The notes under the pieces were generated by a model, which saw nothing but the letters and a program-made list of their open reading frames with translations, was not told the origin of the DNA and ran no database searches. The translations under genes and the position numbers were made by a program. A DNA stretch of 64,000 nucleotides from Octopus bimaculoides (Eukaryota): positions 25,783,910-25,847,909 of the forward strand of contig NC_069001.1 of assembly GCF_001194135.2 (NCBI RefSeq), written 5' to 3'. Of this stretch, positions 11,408 through 25,460 are shown piece by piece (position 1 is the first letter of the stretch; the number at the start of each line of letters is the position of its first letter).

Positions 11408-14400
11408 AGTTTGTAAATATATATATATATGTATGTGTGTATATATATATATGCGTGTGTGTTTGTATATATGTATATATATGTGTATATTTATATATAT
11501 TAATATATGTGTATATATACATATATCTATATACATATATATATATTCGAACAATCTATATGTATATATGTACATCTATGTGTTTACGTAAGTGCTTATA
11601 TCTGTACCTATGTTTGTGTAGTGTGTATAGTGTGTGTATGCACATATTAATGTGCATATATATACATATGTATGTCCATATATACATTTGACTACATACT
11701 ACGTTGTTTTATATAAGCACACATGTACATGAATATATGTATATATATAAATATATACACACACGCGCATATATAGTTGCCTATATATTGATGCACACAT
11801 ATATTGATGCACACATATAAACACACATACACACGTTTATGTACATTTAAATGTATTCAAACAAGCGACTCTACAAGTGATTTTATGTTTCTTTAGTAGT
11901 GTGTGTAAATGTTGGTGAGCAGCGCATATTAGGTCAAAAGATTCTACTAGAACAAAAGCAAAAGAAAATATTCTCACACACATAAATATACACAGAAGCC
12001 TGTTTACAAACACACATTCACATATGTGCATAGAGGATTTCATACAGAAAGAAAATTATTCAATTTTCAATGACCAATTTAAATGTCATTGATTTTTCTA
12101 TCTGAAAGAAAGGAAAGATTAAAAAAAAAAAATCAACTTCTAAAACAACATTAAGAATACATAAAGAAGAGCAAATTATATTCTATTCTGAATAAGATTG
12201 TTTCTGTTACTGTTTTATTTTTCATTGTTCTTCTGCAAACATATCCTCCATTAACAATTCCAGAAAGAATGTTCGTAAGCTTGTTTGTCTGAAGGTCGAT
12301 TATCATTGTTTCCAGGGCATTCTCTAGGAGCGAATGTGTTTAGCTTTTAGGAAATATATTCAATATCTTTTTTTCGTTTTCTCTGTTAGAGAAGTAACTT
12401 TTGTGGAAATATGCGGATTCTAATCTGCACAAAATTATAGTAAAAAAAAAAGATATGGAGATGACGAATGCAGACATGCACTACTAACATGAATACGTCT
12501 TGAAAAGATTCTTGCAATGAGAAAGTAATAATGAAGTTTTATTCAACAACACTATAATAAAAATGTAGCATGTATCAATCTAACAGTCATTTGCTACTTT
12601 CTCTTTATAAAGGAACAACACTTCTTCCGAATCTTTCAAACTCAATGCAGATGTTAATCTTCACAATAACACAATACCTCGTTACGGCCTTGTATATGGA
12701 ATATTACGAATACGGCATTTAAAGCCAATTTCTTTCTGAGAGCCTGATTATATTTTGAGGATGATCACTTATTGAATTTGTATAAATATGAGACAAATCA
12801 AGGTTTTACACACAGTTCTGGTTTCGTAACGTTACTACTCATAGATACGTCTAAAGAATACAGATTGCAACGATTCCAGTCTCATAGTAAGCGTCAACCA
12901 TTAATAATCACTGACAGTTGCTGTTCATTTCTTTTTATTAAGTCGTGTTGCTTGTGCCATTCCAATGATACCCCAGTCTGCTTTTCGTTATTTCTCTCTT
13001 GCGCTACACTGCTCCTTACAAACTTCATGCAAACTCAGGACGCAGTGCTTCTATTATTTCCAAGCTCACATCTGCTTACAAGCTTCAAGCTTGTGATTCC
13101 AACAGATCATTGCCTCCATCGACTTTAATCGAAATGAGACATCCATTAATCAGAAATATGAGAAAAAGAAAATATATTTCTTTGTTGGCATTCTTTCTAT
13201 ACTGCGATCTTTCCAAAGTCTAAGACATTCACGTTGTGCTCTCAGCAAAACTAGCGCAACGCAATGCTAAACATTATCTCTTAAAAAGTGAGACTGTTAT
13301 CGCCAACACACTAATATAAACGTCACTGACATTGACAAATTATGAGTATATACCTGCATGTTATTCGGTTGTATTTCCTAAAGGCAGTGATACCGAAAGA
13401 AAAAAGTGACTAATGAAAAAGTAAATTACAACCTGATTGTTTTCACCGTTCATCTTTTCACCGCACAGTTTATCATCACTGTCTCGAGAATTCTGCAAAC
13501 ATGGAGCGATCGTTTAGCCTAGAGTCATCTGAAACATTACAAATACTGCTATATGGCAAAAGAATATAAGAGACAGATAATATTGGACATTCAGATTACA
13601 ATGAGATTATTATCAATTATTTGCACGTTGAAAAGCTTTGTAAGAAAATGACAAGTGATGGAAATCTCAAAGCAAATAATCAAGGTGATGGAGTGTAATT
13701 GGTGTGGAAGAGAGGATTAACAGAGTGTAAACTTTGTTAGAATAGCGTAGCCGTAAAAGAAAGTAAATTGAAAGCTGTTACTTATGAACTCTATTTCACA
13801 GAATGTCGATGGTTGAAAGACAAAGAAAGAACATTAAAGGTATTTCTCTCACTAAATTAGCCTAAATGGGAGTCTTCCAGGAGTTCTGCAGTGGAATCTC
13901 CATACGAAATATTTCATAATTTTCTTATCTTTTTCGTTGGTGCAGCATTACTTGCTATGATGATGAGCTCTTTTACTAATAAGGCCAAGCATTTCTTGTT
14001 CTTTTACAAGAAAACTGATTACTTCCTCATCTGGAGTTAACAATATGCCCGCAGGTGTTATAAAGTTACCTCTGTTTAAATCAGCTAAAAACATTTTATA
14101 CCTCGTTACACGTGAAAATACCTTCAATTAATTTCCTTCCAGATCTTTTTGATTGAAATTTCACTTTTTCGACTAGAAAACATTTATCTTATTTTATTTT
14201 GTTTTATTTTAATTTCTAGAATTTGAAGAGTTACAACAATAACTATTCATCCATCTCACCAGTCGTGTTGTGAATTTCAAAGAGTTTGTACGGCATAGGG
14301 ATTTATAAGTGCCTCTTCTAATGTTTCGTAAATATGAAAACCAAGTGGATTTCTTCTAACTGTAAGTTGATCTCTAAACCTTTTCCGTTCAATTTCAAAT

Positions 14401-14812
14401 TGTTTATATTTTGTGTGATGCTATTATGATGTTGTTTAATTTATGAATTTATGAACGATAGTGTCGCCCATTATATATTTAAAATGGACTAAACATGACA
14501 AACCCCTCAAAAGAAATCTTTCAAAATCATTACATTATCAATTATTGTTTGTATACTTTTCGATAGAAGACACATACATAAACCCACACATATACATATA
14601 TACATATGAAACTCTCGTGTGTGTGAGCATATGCGTGTTGTATATGGGTGTTTGTGTGTGTGTGAGAGTCTGTATGTATATTAGTGTATATATATATATC
14701 TGTATAAATATCTGTGTATTATATATTTATAAAACAATCGAAATGTACGAAGAAAATCGTATCTTGATTGTAAATTATACATTAGAAATCCAAATATTGT
14801 TTCAATTGCATT

Positions 14813-14860
<48 letters not shown>

Positions 14861-14866
14861 TACACA

Positions 14867-14910
<44 letters not shown>

Positions 14911-15159
14911 TAGTTTCATCGTACATTGTTGATTCTTGTATATACTCTGTAGTTCTTAAAATTCTGTATCAGGATTATTCGATTTACCTGTCGTACATGA
15001 AAATTTACCCAAGATTTCTATTCTACATACATTTACTGGAATCTACTTTTTGAACATTTAAACTTATTTCTTTATACTGAGTGCTTATTTGATATCTTCC
15101 AGGATTTTAGAATCTCATTTGTTTCGCCTTCTGTGTGTGTGTGTGTGTGTTTTGTTGTG

Positions 15160-15362
15160 AACCATTACTCCCTACACTTTCTTTTTTTCTCACCGTTTAT
15201 TTTCTCATTCGCTCTTCCTTTTTTACCTCCTAATCCTTTCTGACGAAGAGCCTAGGCTCGGGACGTTAAAGGCTTTTCCATTCTTTCTGTGCGTAATACT
15301 AATACAACTGCTTGTTGTTCCTACACCTGTTTTTGCGTTTTGCATTCTGTGAATTTGAACTA
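15160..15362 (+). mobile_element. Penelope pseudo-LTR-like repeat containing a mutated hammerhead motif
   Basis: Pyrimidine-rich leader, then the hammerhead fold, then a tail related to 58320-58416 (gcgt.atactaata...tgtt...cacctgt). Flanked by (TG)n and (TA)n. Confidence 0.7.
15235..15272 (+). ncRNA. Minimal type I hammerhead ribozyme motif, GAAA mutated to GGGA (probably inactive)
   Basis: CCTTT-CTGACGA-A-GAGC(CTAG)GCTC-GGGA-CG-T-T-AAAGG. Stem I is CCTTT/AAAGG, stem II is GAGC/GCTC, and stem III is the palindrome ACGT. Confidence 0.7.
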
Positions 15363-15431
15363 TATATATATATTATAATAATAACTATACACAAAATTAT
15401 AACAATGGGTATGCTATAAACCTCTCCACGT

Positions 15432-16236
15432 GCTAGAAATCGACGCCAAAAGACGCGAATACCATCTTAAAATCTCCAAAAGATAGATAAAGCACGGTCT
15501 GTAGTCGAGCAAAAGAAAGATCATGAATTAAACTTTGGGTTAATCATGTACAAGATCCCGTTCAAGCTTAAGTTAAAAAAAAGTGTACCTAGTGCTATCT
15601 TCAGCAACGTTACTCCGTAGCATAAATTAACGAGTATCTACGCATAACGAGTATCAACACATGCGACTTCAGCAATGTATATATACACACGCCTATAAAT
15701 ATACAATAAAGTAGAATTCCCATCATGGCGGCGAGGTGGGAGAAACGTTAGCACTCCAGTCGAAATACGTTCTGAGTACAAATTCCACCGAAGTCTACTT
15801 TGCATTTCATCCCTTCGGGGTCGATTAATTAAGTACCAGTTACGCACTGGGGGTCGACTTTCTTTTCAGACACGTGTAATATATCAAAATAACTCTGCAG
15901 TGAATGCAGCTTTGATCAAGGAGTAACATTTTCAAATGTGAACTATAACAAAGGGTAAAAACAATTAATGGTTTTACCAATGGGTCAAGGCGGGAAAAAA
16001 AAAACCTTAGAGATGGATTTTACAAATATTATAATAATTATATACATAATTATAACAAGGGATTGGCCATAAGACTCACCAAGCGCTAGAAATAGGCGCC
16101 AAAAAAACGCTAATACCACCTGAAAAAATCCAAAAAAATATATAAAACGCGGGCTGTCGTCGAGCAAAAGAAAGATAATAAATTGAACATTTGGCTGAAC
16201 GTGTACAAGATCTCGTTTAAAGCTTAAGGTAAAAAG
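15432..16236 (+). repeat. Diverged ~150-bp direct repeat pair (15432-15583 and 16085-16236)
   Basis: Shared blocks gctagaaat, gtcgagcaaaagaaagat, tgtacaagatc and agcttaag(t/g)taaaaa appear in the same order and spacing. Confidence 0.75.
15727..15858 (+). mobile_element. SINE family A, internally deleted and 3'-truncated
   Basis: ggcggcgaggtgggagaaacgttagcac...acgttctgagtacaaattcc...ggggtcgattaattaagtaccagttacgcactggggg. Confidence 0.85.
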
Positions 16237-16862
16237 ATTATACGTATTGCTAAAGATAGCAGTATTGGTAGTATTAACAGTGCAGCCATGCATTGCCCCT
16301 TCATAATTGACAAAGCGACGAGGGAGACTGTACATGATAGTTGCGCCAGCGATAACGGTGTTACATATCGCACTGTCATAGTGGACGGCATATAGCAAGA
16401 GGTGGCTTTCGGCTGTTTCGGGAAGTATTTGAAATAAAATATTTTAACAAGGAATAATACAAAAATCAAACGCGTTGAACAAGCCAAGATTAAAATATGA
16501 ACATGATGCTGAGTTCTCCAGCTCAATGAGGATTTAAGGATCTGCATAATTTCTTTATATACTTCTTCACCCTGGTATGAATTTCATCAAAAACTTAATA
16601 TAGTGTGCACTAGTCCATACAAATATTTAGAAAGAGATACAAGCTATGGGTTATTTTCCAAAAATATATTTAATAAAGGACTACGCAAACTTACTTGTTA
16701 AATTGTTTTTATCTCATATTTTGGCAAGGTTCAATTGCATAATATAACAAGAGGCGTTTGTAAACTTACTATTCAATGAGACTTGTGCTGGGCTAAAAAT
16801 ACTGAGTTTCTCTCATGTACAAATAGTAGCCAAAGTTCTCTAGGAATGGTTGTGAGGCTTAA

Positions 16863-17248
16863 GTGCAGGTGTCCTGGTGTGGTAGCAAACTTGCTTCCCA
16901 ACCTCATGATTTGGGGTTCAGTCCCACTGCGTGACACTTTGGTCAAGTGTCTTTTACTATAAACTCGGGCTGACGAAAACCCTTTGCGAGGATATGGTAA
17001 TGGGCAACTGAAAGAAGCCCTATATATTCGTATACACGTGTGTATTTGTGCGTACTATTGTTTCCATCACCACTTGAACACCGGTGTTGGTCCGTTTCCG
17101 TCCCCGAAACTAACGGTTCGCAATTGGAACCAATATAATAAGTACCAGGATTATCAAAAATATAAGGATTGGGGTCGTCTACTAAAAATGTTTCAATGCG
17201 GTGCCCCAGCATGGCCTGTGTCTAATTACCGAAACAAATAAAAGATAG
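16863..17248 (+). mobile_element. tRNA-derived SINE family B, near full length and diverged
   Basis: Head ...tgtggtagcaaacttgcttcccaacc...gggttcagtcccactgcg, central TA/TG spacer, tail gcggtgccccagcatggcc...gaaacaaataaaaga. Recurs at 23.7, 26.6, 27.8, 44.9 and 45.4 kb. Confidence 0.85.
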
Positions 17249-17668
17249 ATGAAGAATGAAATACTTTTAGAACAGAAGACGTGAGGTAAATATGATTGTG
17301 AATTCCATACGCAAAAAGTAAACGGGATGGTCACGGCTGTAATGTATTTGATGATAAATCTACCTGATCATGGATGACCTAAGAATAAACAACCGTAACA
17401 TCAAATAATGCACTTAATGTCTCCAACACAGAGCATCCAAAAATGGAAAACTCGGTGATGACTGAGGTTGGTAGAAATCACTAGAATCAAAGAAGAAATT
17501 GAAGGATACTAACCTCCGATATTAGAAATAATTACTTAACTATTCAGGAAATGAATTATTGGTTTCACATTTCAGTGCCGAAATAATCTATCAATTATTA
17601 GATTTGCTAATATAAGATGAGATTTATATCTCGCCAAGAAAATAGGAAAAAGAAATATTTCTCTCTTG

Positions 17669-17767
<99 letters not shown>

Positions 17768-19404
17768 AGATAGATAGATGCATATATTGGTACAGGCCGT
17801 CACCAACAGTACACAACATGAAATAAGAAAACATGCCGTGGTGGTGGTGCTGGTTGTGGTGGTAGTGTTTGTGATGGTGGTGGTGGTGGTGGTGAGTGTG
17901 ATGATGGTGGTGTTCCTGTTGTTTAGCAGCAGCTCAGCACCATTCCAGAAACCCCTAAACCGCCAAAAACTTGATATTTAATGCGTTTCCGCTGTGCTCA
18001 TACATATGTTTTCGAGGGGACTATGACTAGATGTTCTAAAATCTCATTTACTTATTTAAGACGGTTGGATTGAAAAGCTTTTGGCTGATAGTATCACCAG
18101 AGAAATTAATGACATACACAATGTCTTGTCTCGTAAATTTTTTGATATTTTCCCTTGTATAATATAGTCTTAACATTCTACTCCGTATTGTTTACATTCA
18201 TTAATTGTTTAAACTAATTTTGATACTTGAGGCCAAATTATGCAGACGATGGTGCTTTTGCCGTATGTCTGTTATTCGCAAAACATTTTTAGGTACCCTT
18301 TGAATGTCCGTAACTGAAGTTGAATACAACTGAGATTGTTGAGGTAAAACCTTCTGTCAGAATATTGTTATTCGATGTGAAATAGAATTTTGTAGAGGAC
18401 GTATAGGAAACCTACCTAGGGGTTTGGATTTAGGTGGCTTCTTCGATTTATAAACGACATTGATTGAATAATGTCCATGAACTATTTGTCACAATGTTTA
18501 AATGGTGTAACGCTCGCGACACATTGGAGAGTTTCAGACGATTTTTGACGATTCCAGTATTAGAGGACTGTCATGTATTTATGCTATTTTGACATGTGTG
18601 TTTGATTGCGGGGTTTGTTTTTTATTCATAAAATGTGTTGTGTCATGTACAGAGACTATAATGCGCAGCAATATTAAAATAGAGACCTATCACACTTAGG
18701 GAGACGGCTGAGTGCATCAGGATCTCTAGACTTCAAATCAATGGCAATGCACGAACTTAATCTGATGGGCCTTCTGACTTTACTTTTTTATGTGTTCACC
18801 ATTGATTGATGCCCAAAGCCTGGAATAAGGGGAATATGGTGGTTTAAATATATTTGCATTTCCACTATTGGTGTGCTCAAAGCTTTCACCCTTTAACATT
18901 TTTTGTTTCAATCAAATCACAAGATATGGGTGGGGTTTGTATTTATTTTTGTATTACATAGAAAATTCATTAATTTGGAAGATTATTGCGGTCTCACGAT
19001 TATTCACCGCGAAAGACTTATTTCCCTTTATAAAAACTGAAATAGCAGAATCTACTCGAAAATATTTGACCCACAAACCTGAGTCCAGCGATTTCCTGGC
19101 GTTTTAAACAAGAGGAGACACAAGTTGATGTCTACTCTCTTTCGTGATAATAGTGAGGACTGTGCAAGGGCCCACCGCTGAAATGAGTTTAATTTTATTG
19201 TCGAACTTATATCATCTGCGCAAAAATATTAGGTAAGGAGGAATGTGAGTTCACAATTTTTTTTCTGAACAGTGGGATCACTGAAGAGAGAATGTGTGCA
19301 GAATCTTCACGTTACCTTTAACATCATTGTAGAATAATCAAACCTGTGAATTAAAATGATATACATAGCATTTTTCAAATGAATGGTAGAAAGGAATGTT
19401 GAAT

Positions 19405-19830
19405 TCACCCGCCATTAACATATTGTAATAATTGCAATGCTGGATGAACTGTTTTTAATTTGGACACATACAAGAAACATAATAATGTTTGAGGTGGTCT
19501 GTAGAGCCCAAATATAGCTAAGTCGTTAGGCTTGTTGTATATGGACACTGCTTCCAAGGAACCATTGCTAATTTCTCCCCTATGCATGCTACTTTGTAAT
19601 CATGGAGGAAAAATTGCAATTCATACTGTCTTCCGATTGCATATTGTCAGCAAACAATGGTAAATTATTGAAGTTTCATCTCATCGTCGTTTTGAAAGTG
19701 GTTGAGGTAAATACATATTAGGCACGGTGAAGAAAGCCTTTAATTGTTAAGCTCTCCAGCACGAAATATTTGGAATTCTCTTTTGTTGTGAATTGACGCC
19801 CGTAATGAGACCTTCAGCATTTACCAGGCA
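19405..19830 (-). mobile_element. Decayed LINE AP-endonuclease remnant (CR1/L2/I-like)
   Basis: Minus-strand peptides CLVNAEGL (NxxGL-like) and LEAVSIYNKPNDLAIFGLYRPP (YRPP motif). Confidence 0.45.
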
Positions 19831-21203
19831 TGTCTTTGCTGAGGTAGCTACCTCACTCAGACGGTTTATTGTCCCTTTTGCTGTGTATTGGTATCATTAG
19901 TGTATATAGTGTAGTGTGATATCGGTAGGGGTTCATGAATTTTAATGGGATGGCTACCTTGAATCACTGTTTCTAAAACAAAAACAAAAAATAAATATTT
20001 CTCGTGGTTGGAGAACAGTCATCTTGAATTTGTGGTCTTGTTTGCGTTCTAAAGATGTTTTTTTTCTTTCAATGTTCTCGTTTCGTAATGTGTGTGCAGG
20101 AAACGAACCAGTATTGTAACGATGAATGGTGATACTGTAGCGAATGGGACTTGGGTTATCAGAATAGATATCAGCTAATGCATAATTGTATTGGCTGGGA
20201 AGAAAATAGGGCCCAGTCCCGTCTCTGTGAATGGTATGATTATTGGTATGTGTTATAATTGTGTTTGCTACCTGGAATATAGATGAAAAGACATTCATCT
20301 TGTAGGCATGTTCTCTCAGTGGAAAGTGCTACTCGTTAGGCTAGCAAGAAGCACAACGTTTCGTGTTTTGATGTCCCTGAGTTATTACCTGGCGTTGGAA
20401 TGGTTAAAAGGTAAGCTACGAATGTCGACATGGCATGAGGGGCCTTCATTTGAAAAAAGCATATTTTTGGAGTGAGATGATAAAGAAGGAGAACACTGAT
20501 ATGTTTTTGCTGATGAAAATAATAATTTATATTAGCTGTGAATAACAACAGCGACGATGATGAAGAAGAAGATTATAACAGGTACACAGTTTCTTTGCTA
20601 TGGGAGTAGCTTTGGTAATTAAGGAGTGGAATCACGTGCTTTATCAACAGGAGAGTGTCTGACAGCAGAAGAGGTCAGTGCTAAGTGGAGCTTGCTATTT
20701 CTATCGTTTTTCATATTTTTTGCTCCTGCTAAACTTTACCAGACAAAATTATTGAATAGAATTTCTCGACATATTTTTTTAAACACGATGGAAATCTTTT
20801 GAGATTTGTGTTTCTCTATATATCTATTTTTAGTTTGTCTTGCTAATCGATTATTTAAAAAAGATAGGACAATTTTGTCAGTGATGTTATTGATAATTCA
20901 TGTTTATAGAAGCGGGGTTTGTTTATCATTACAGGTCCTATACTTTCTTTATTCAAATGCTTGCAAACGTCACATTTACATTCTATCATTTCGGGATCAA
21001 AAAAGAAAAAAAATATATATATAGAACAGCGAGGTATAGAATCAATGTAATCGACTAGCCCTTCCCCTCAAAATTGCTGACCTTGTGCAGAAATCAACAA
21101 ATTCTACATCATAATCTTCTTTTTCTTTTTCTTCTTTTCCTTCTTCTTTTCCTTCTTCTTCTTCTTCTTCTTTTTCTTCTTCCTCTTCTTATTATTAAGG
21201 CAG

Positions 21204-21768
21204 TGCATGCCGTCAAAATGACACTAATGTAAAATATACGAAGCCCAATATACCCATCATGACTACACGTCTGATAATGGTACACCAGGCACATGCATCA
21301 CAAACATAGGTGCTCAACATGGTGATTTCATATCAAGATAAACAGTGCACGACCTTGCAAGCGGGGCCAAGTTAGAATTTTCTTCAGGTTGAGTAGCCCA
21401 TCCCAATCAAAAGGTCCCTGAATAAGGGTTGTTTAAGGATGTTGAACGAAACACCCATATTTCCAGAGGTGAATTATTCAAACCCCAAAGAATTCCTCTC
21501 AACACATGGCAATGATGCTCCTCCACTACTTCTGCTCGTGATCAGAGATGCACATATAGTCAGCCACCAAGGGACATGCTCAACTGGTTATGGTCAAACA
21601 ACTGACAAGCAAATCTGTGATATTGAGCAGAATATTTGCTGTAGACAATCTTTTACACCAAGACAAAACAATGTACATGATAGCACTTCCAATCAGTTAA
21701 GATCAGAAGCCATCAGAGCCACTGCCTGGTATTGCATCAGGGCATTTATTATTATTATTATTACGGGC
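21204..21768 (+). mobile_element. Probable non-LTR retroelement 3' fragment ending in an (ATT)n tail
   Basis: More GC-rich block bounded by (CTT)n on the left and an (ATT)n tail on the right. It resembles a repeat I recall as common in octopus (not verified). Confidence 0.4.
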
Positions 21769-21769
21769 T

Positions 21770-21985
21770 TGTTCTAGCACAATCTTTAGACGCTAGACAA
21801 AATATTTAGCAGCATTTCACTTTTTAAGTTCCGAGCTCAGATACCCGCCAAGGCCTACTTTGCCTTTCATCCTTTCGTGGTCGATAAAATGAACACCAGT
21901 CATGTAGTGGGGTCGGTGTAATCGACTTACTTATCTCTTTCCTTCCAAATTTCAGGCCCTGTGCCTAGAGTAGAAAACACCATTA
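21770..21985 (+). mobile_element. Decayed SINE family A
   Basis: tttagcagcatttc...gcctactttgcctttcatcctttcgtggtcgataaaat...ggggtcggtgtaatcgactt...ccaaatttcaggccctgtgcctagagtagaaaa. Confidence 0.8.
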
Positions 21986-22455
21986 TGAATTGTTCCTTTT
22001 TTTCTACCTTTTTCATTGACTGTCTAGTATATTAATCTTCTTGCTATGCTTTACCATTTCAAAAGATAATCTGAATTTTGTGAGAACCAAATATCTGACA
22101 CAAATGCATATATTTAGGCAAACATATTCACATACAGACTAATTACCAGTGAAAAACTGTTCTACTCATTTAAGATCTAATACATTTGTAGTATATCTGA
22201 ACATTACATGAAAATAAATCAGGAATGTTTGTAAAGCAATAGACAGTAGCAATGTATGCATGAATAGTTAGCATAAATGGTGGGTCAGTCATAACAATGA
22301 GAGCAGCTCTTAAAGTTCATTTTTATACTGTCTTCTTAATACACAGTCTGTCTTTTGACATATATCTCCTGATTGTTTTCCTACTTTCGTAGATGTTTCA
22401 TCCATTTTCTTTTGTTTCTTCCGTCACCTACGTCTTTTGTCATTTTATTCATTCC

Positions 22456-22660
22456 GCTTCTTCTTCTTCTTCCTCTTCTTCTTCTTCTTCCTCTTCTTCT
22501 TCTTCTTCCTCTTCATCTTCTTCTTCTTCTTCTTCTTCTTCTTCTTCTTCTTCTTCTTCTTCTTCTTCTTCTTCTTCTTCTTCTTCTTCTTCTTCTTCTT
22601 CTTCTTCTTCTTCTTCTTCTTCTTTTTCTTCTTCTTCTTCTTCTTCTTCTTCTTCTGTTC
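22456..22660 (+). repeat. (TCT)n microsatellite within a CT-rich tract extending to about 22980
   Basis: Directly visible. It explains the poly-L/S/F/K ORFs in the track. Confidence 0.98.
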
Positions 22661-23717
22661 CTCCACTTCCTCCTCCTTCTTTTTCTTGAGTCTTCTTGAA
22701 TCTTCTTTTTTCTTCAATATTCTACTTTTTCTTCTTTTCCTCCTCCTCCTGCTTTCTTCTTCGTCTCACCTCCTTCTTTTTCTTCTTCTCCTCCTGCTCC
22801 TCTTTCTTCTGTTTCTTGAATCTTTTGTCGTTAATATTCTTTTTTCTTTTTTCTCCTCTTCTTATTTTTCTTCTGTTCTTCTTGTTACAGTATTGTATAA
22901 TTCTTTTTCCATTCCCATTTTCTTTTTGATTTTCCTCCTCATTTTTTCCTTCTTTCATTCTCCTTCATTTTACACTGCTTTCTTGTATCTACTTTATTAA
23001 CTACGTCTTTACTGTATTGACTCTTTATATCTCATATATGTCGTATGTCTGTAGTAAATATGCGTCTACCTAATTTTGCTATATACGTACGTTTGTCTAT
23101 TCTTTTAGATTTATTTAAATTATTTGCAGAATTCGATTCCATCACTAACAATGTGACAAAGCTTCTTTGTTGGACTCAAGACAGTTCGTTCCAAGCATTT
23201 ATCATTATTTGAGTAAGCTATTGTGTCGCTTTATATGAATATGTGTGTGAAGCTGTTTGCAATCCTCTAATACACATGTCTCTTTAGTACTTGAGTGTGT
23301 TATTGCTTTTCATGTATCGGCCGTATGCATATATACGATGCTGGTGTCTGTGTTTCTCAAGACGAATCAAATGGACAGTCTTTGGAATGTCTTGCATATA
23401 CTTACCGAATCACTAATGGACTGGATTTGAAGAATGAGATTTAGCTTGATCTGTTTTTCTTAGAAAACGCCAACATTTCCAGGCGTTTATTCAAATATGC
23501 CGTTGCATAGACTAATAAAGAAATAATTATAGAATCATAAGAGAACGTCTAGCACGGATAGAAAGAGAAGATTTGCATCACTTCTCTTTTCTAGATATTT
23601 AGTCGGGTCTAGCACTTATGCTGAGAAGATGTCCTCTGTCAAATACATTGGCATAAATACTATTGCGTTTGCACCGAATTTGTTAAAAGAATCTTTTATT
23701 TTTTTATCTTTCGAATT

Positions 23718-23856
23718 TTACTAGTTTCAGTCATTAGACTACGGCCATTCTGGGGTACCACCATGAAGAATTTCAGACGACCGAATAGAACCAGTATTTG
23801 ATTTTTAAAGCTGGTATTTATTCAACCAGTCTCTTTTGCCACACAACTAAATTCTG
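23718..23856 (-). mobile_element. SINE family B 3' fragment
   Basis: gtttcagtcattagactacggccattctggggtaccacc is the reverse of the family B tail. Confidence 0.65.
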
Positions 23857-23870
23857 GTTGCGAAACGTTG

Positions 23871-23931
<61 letters not shown>

Positions 23932-25460
23932 CCCCCTCTCTCCCCCCCTCTCGCACACACACTCACAATGACAAAGATTTTCGCCATATATTTGTGCAGG
24001 AGCTACGCTAACCTTTTTTGTATCGTCCCAATTGTAGAGTAGGTGCTTCCAAATTTAGTACGTTCCGATAATATTCCACTATTGTGCAAAACGCTTAACA
24101 ATATATCTAGAGTATGGTTTTCTATTGCCTTCTGTTTGTGTGAATGATTGTCCTTACCGTCAATCATTCTTACTAAAGTGTTTTACCATTATGCTTGGTT
24201 GATGTACTGAATAAAGTTTTCAGCAGCTGCTTATAGGGATAAAGATAGCGTTTCATAATATCATGTGACAATCGATACTTTGTGTTCCAACGTAAATGTA
24301 TGGCATCTTTATTTATCATGTGATCAAACATTTGGTAGCTGTCTTTCCTTCATGAATAACGGAATAGTATCTGGAAGAAGCGAGGCGTAATACCATTAGC
24401 AGAAATTCAAAAGAGACTAAATTTCCCATCATTCTTTTATTTTCGAATATGAAAAATATGACCCTATATTCTGTTGTTATAAAGAATGCTAGTTTTCTGC
24501 AAAAATTATTTTCAAATATGAAAGTTTAGTTTTCTTTGATCAAATGAAATAGCTGTATGCTCTCTATACTTTCTCACGGAGTATCCAAGTATTTCAATAT
24601 TGTTTTCACACATTGGTAGAATTGTGATCTATTCATTTCTGAATTTACTCTTCAATAATCTTACTGATGGGAATTGATACCCAACACGGTTTTTTTCTTT
24701 AACTTATACCACCAAATCTATCTTAGTTTAAATGCAGATTCTGTCCTTCTTACTTCTGATTCAGAAGGTACTGGATTTTTCCTATTCTTATTATCCAATA
24801 TCACATATATTCATTCAAATGGCTAATCTAGTATCACAAAGGTGTTACTCAAGTAAACATCTTGTAATATTTTATTACGCCACATCATCTCTCGTATTAA
24901 GCCTTAAAGGAATAAATCTGCTGAGGTATCTGTTTGTTTCGCTACTATGAGTGTAATATTACACACGCTGATAAGGTGAGAAGTAAGCAACACATTTCTG
25001 CTCTTCACTGCTATGTACATTTAAACTGACGAAATTCTTTTCTTATATTACTTAGAAAATAATGATGGTATTTGGTGTCTTAAATGATACTTCATATTAT
25101 TGAAACGATCAAGTGTGTGTGGCAATATTTTTCTTTCTATTTCGATTTTAAACTGTAGCCATGATATTATCTCAGCGACGTTGACAATTGGTTCTCTATC
25201 AGAATGAAAACAGCACAAAGAGCCGCTATATTGAAATATTCCTGACGATAAACTAGTTCTATTCATCATAATACATATTGTGTATGTTCAGTGTGTTCCT
25301 TATGTGTAACATAATGAAATGTTTGAACTTGCATATCGAGTCAATGACACGAAGGAAGATACGTCAGATTCTTTCTTTGGCAGAATCGTTACAGCGACGG
25401 GCAAAATGGTTAGTTACATTTCGTTCGTCTTTGCTAACCGGACTGAAGGAGTTGTGTACG

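Noticed and set aside
22373-23000. Poly-L/S/F/K ORFs
   Set aside because: Translations of the (TCT)n microsatellite.
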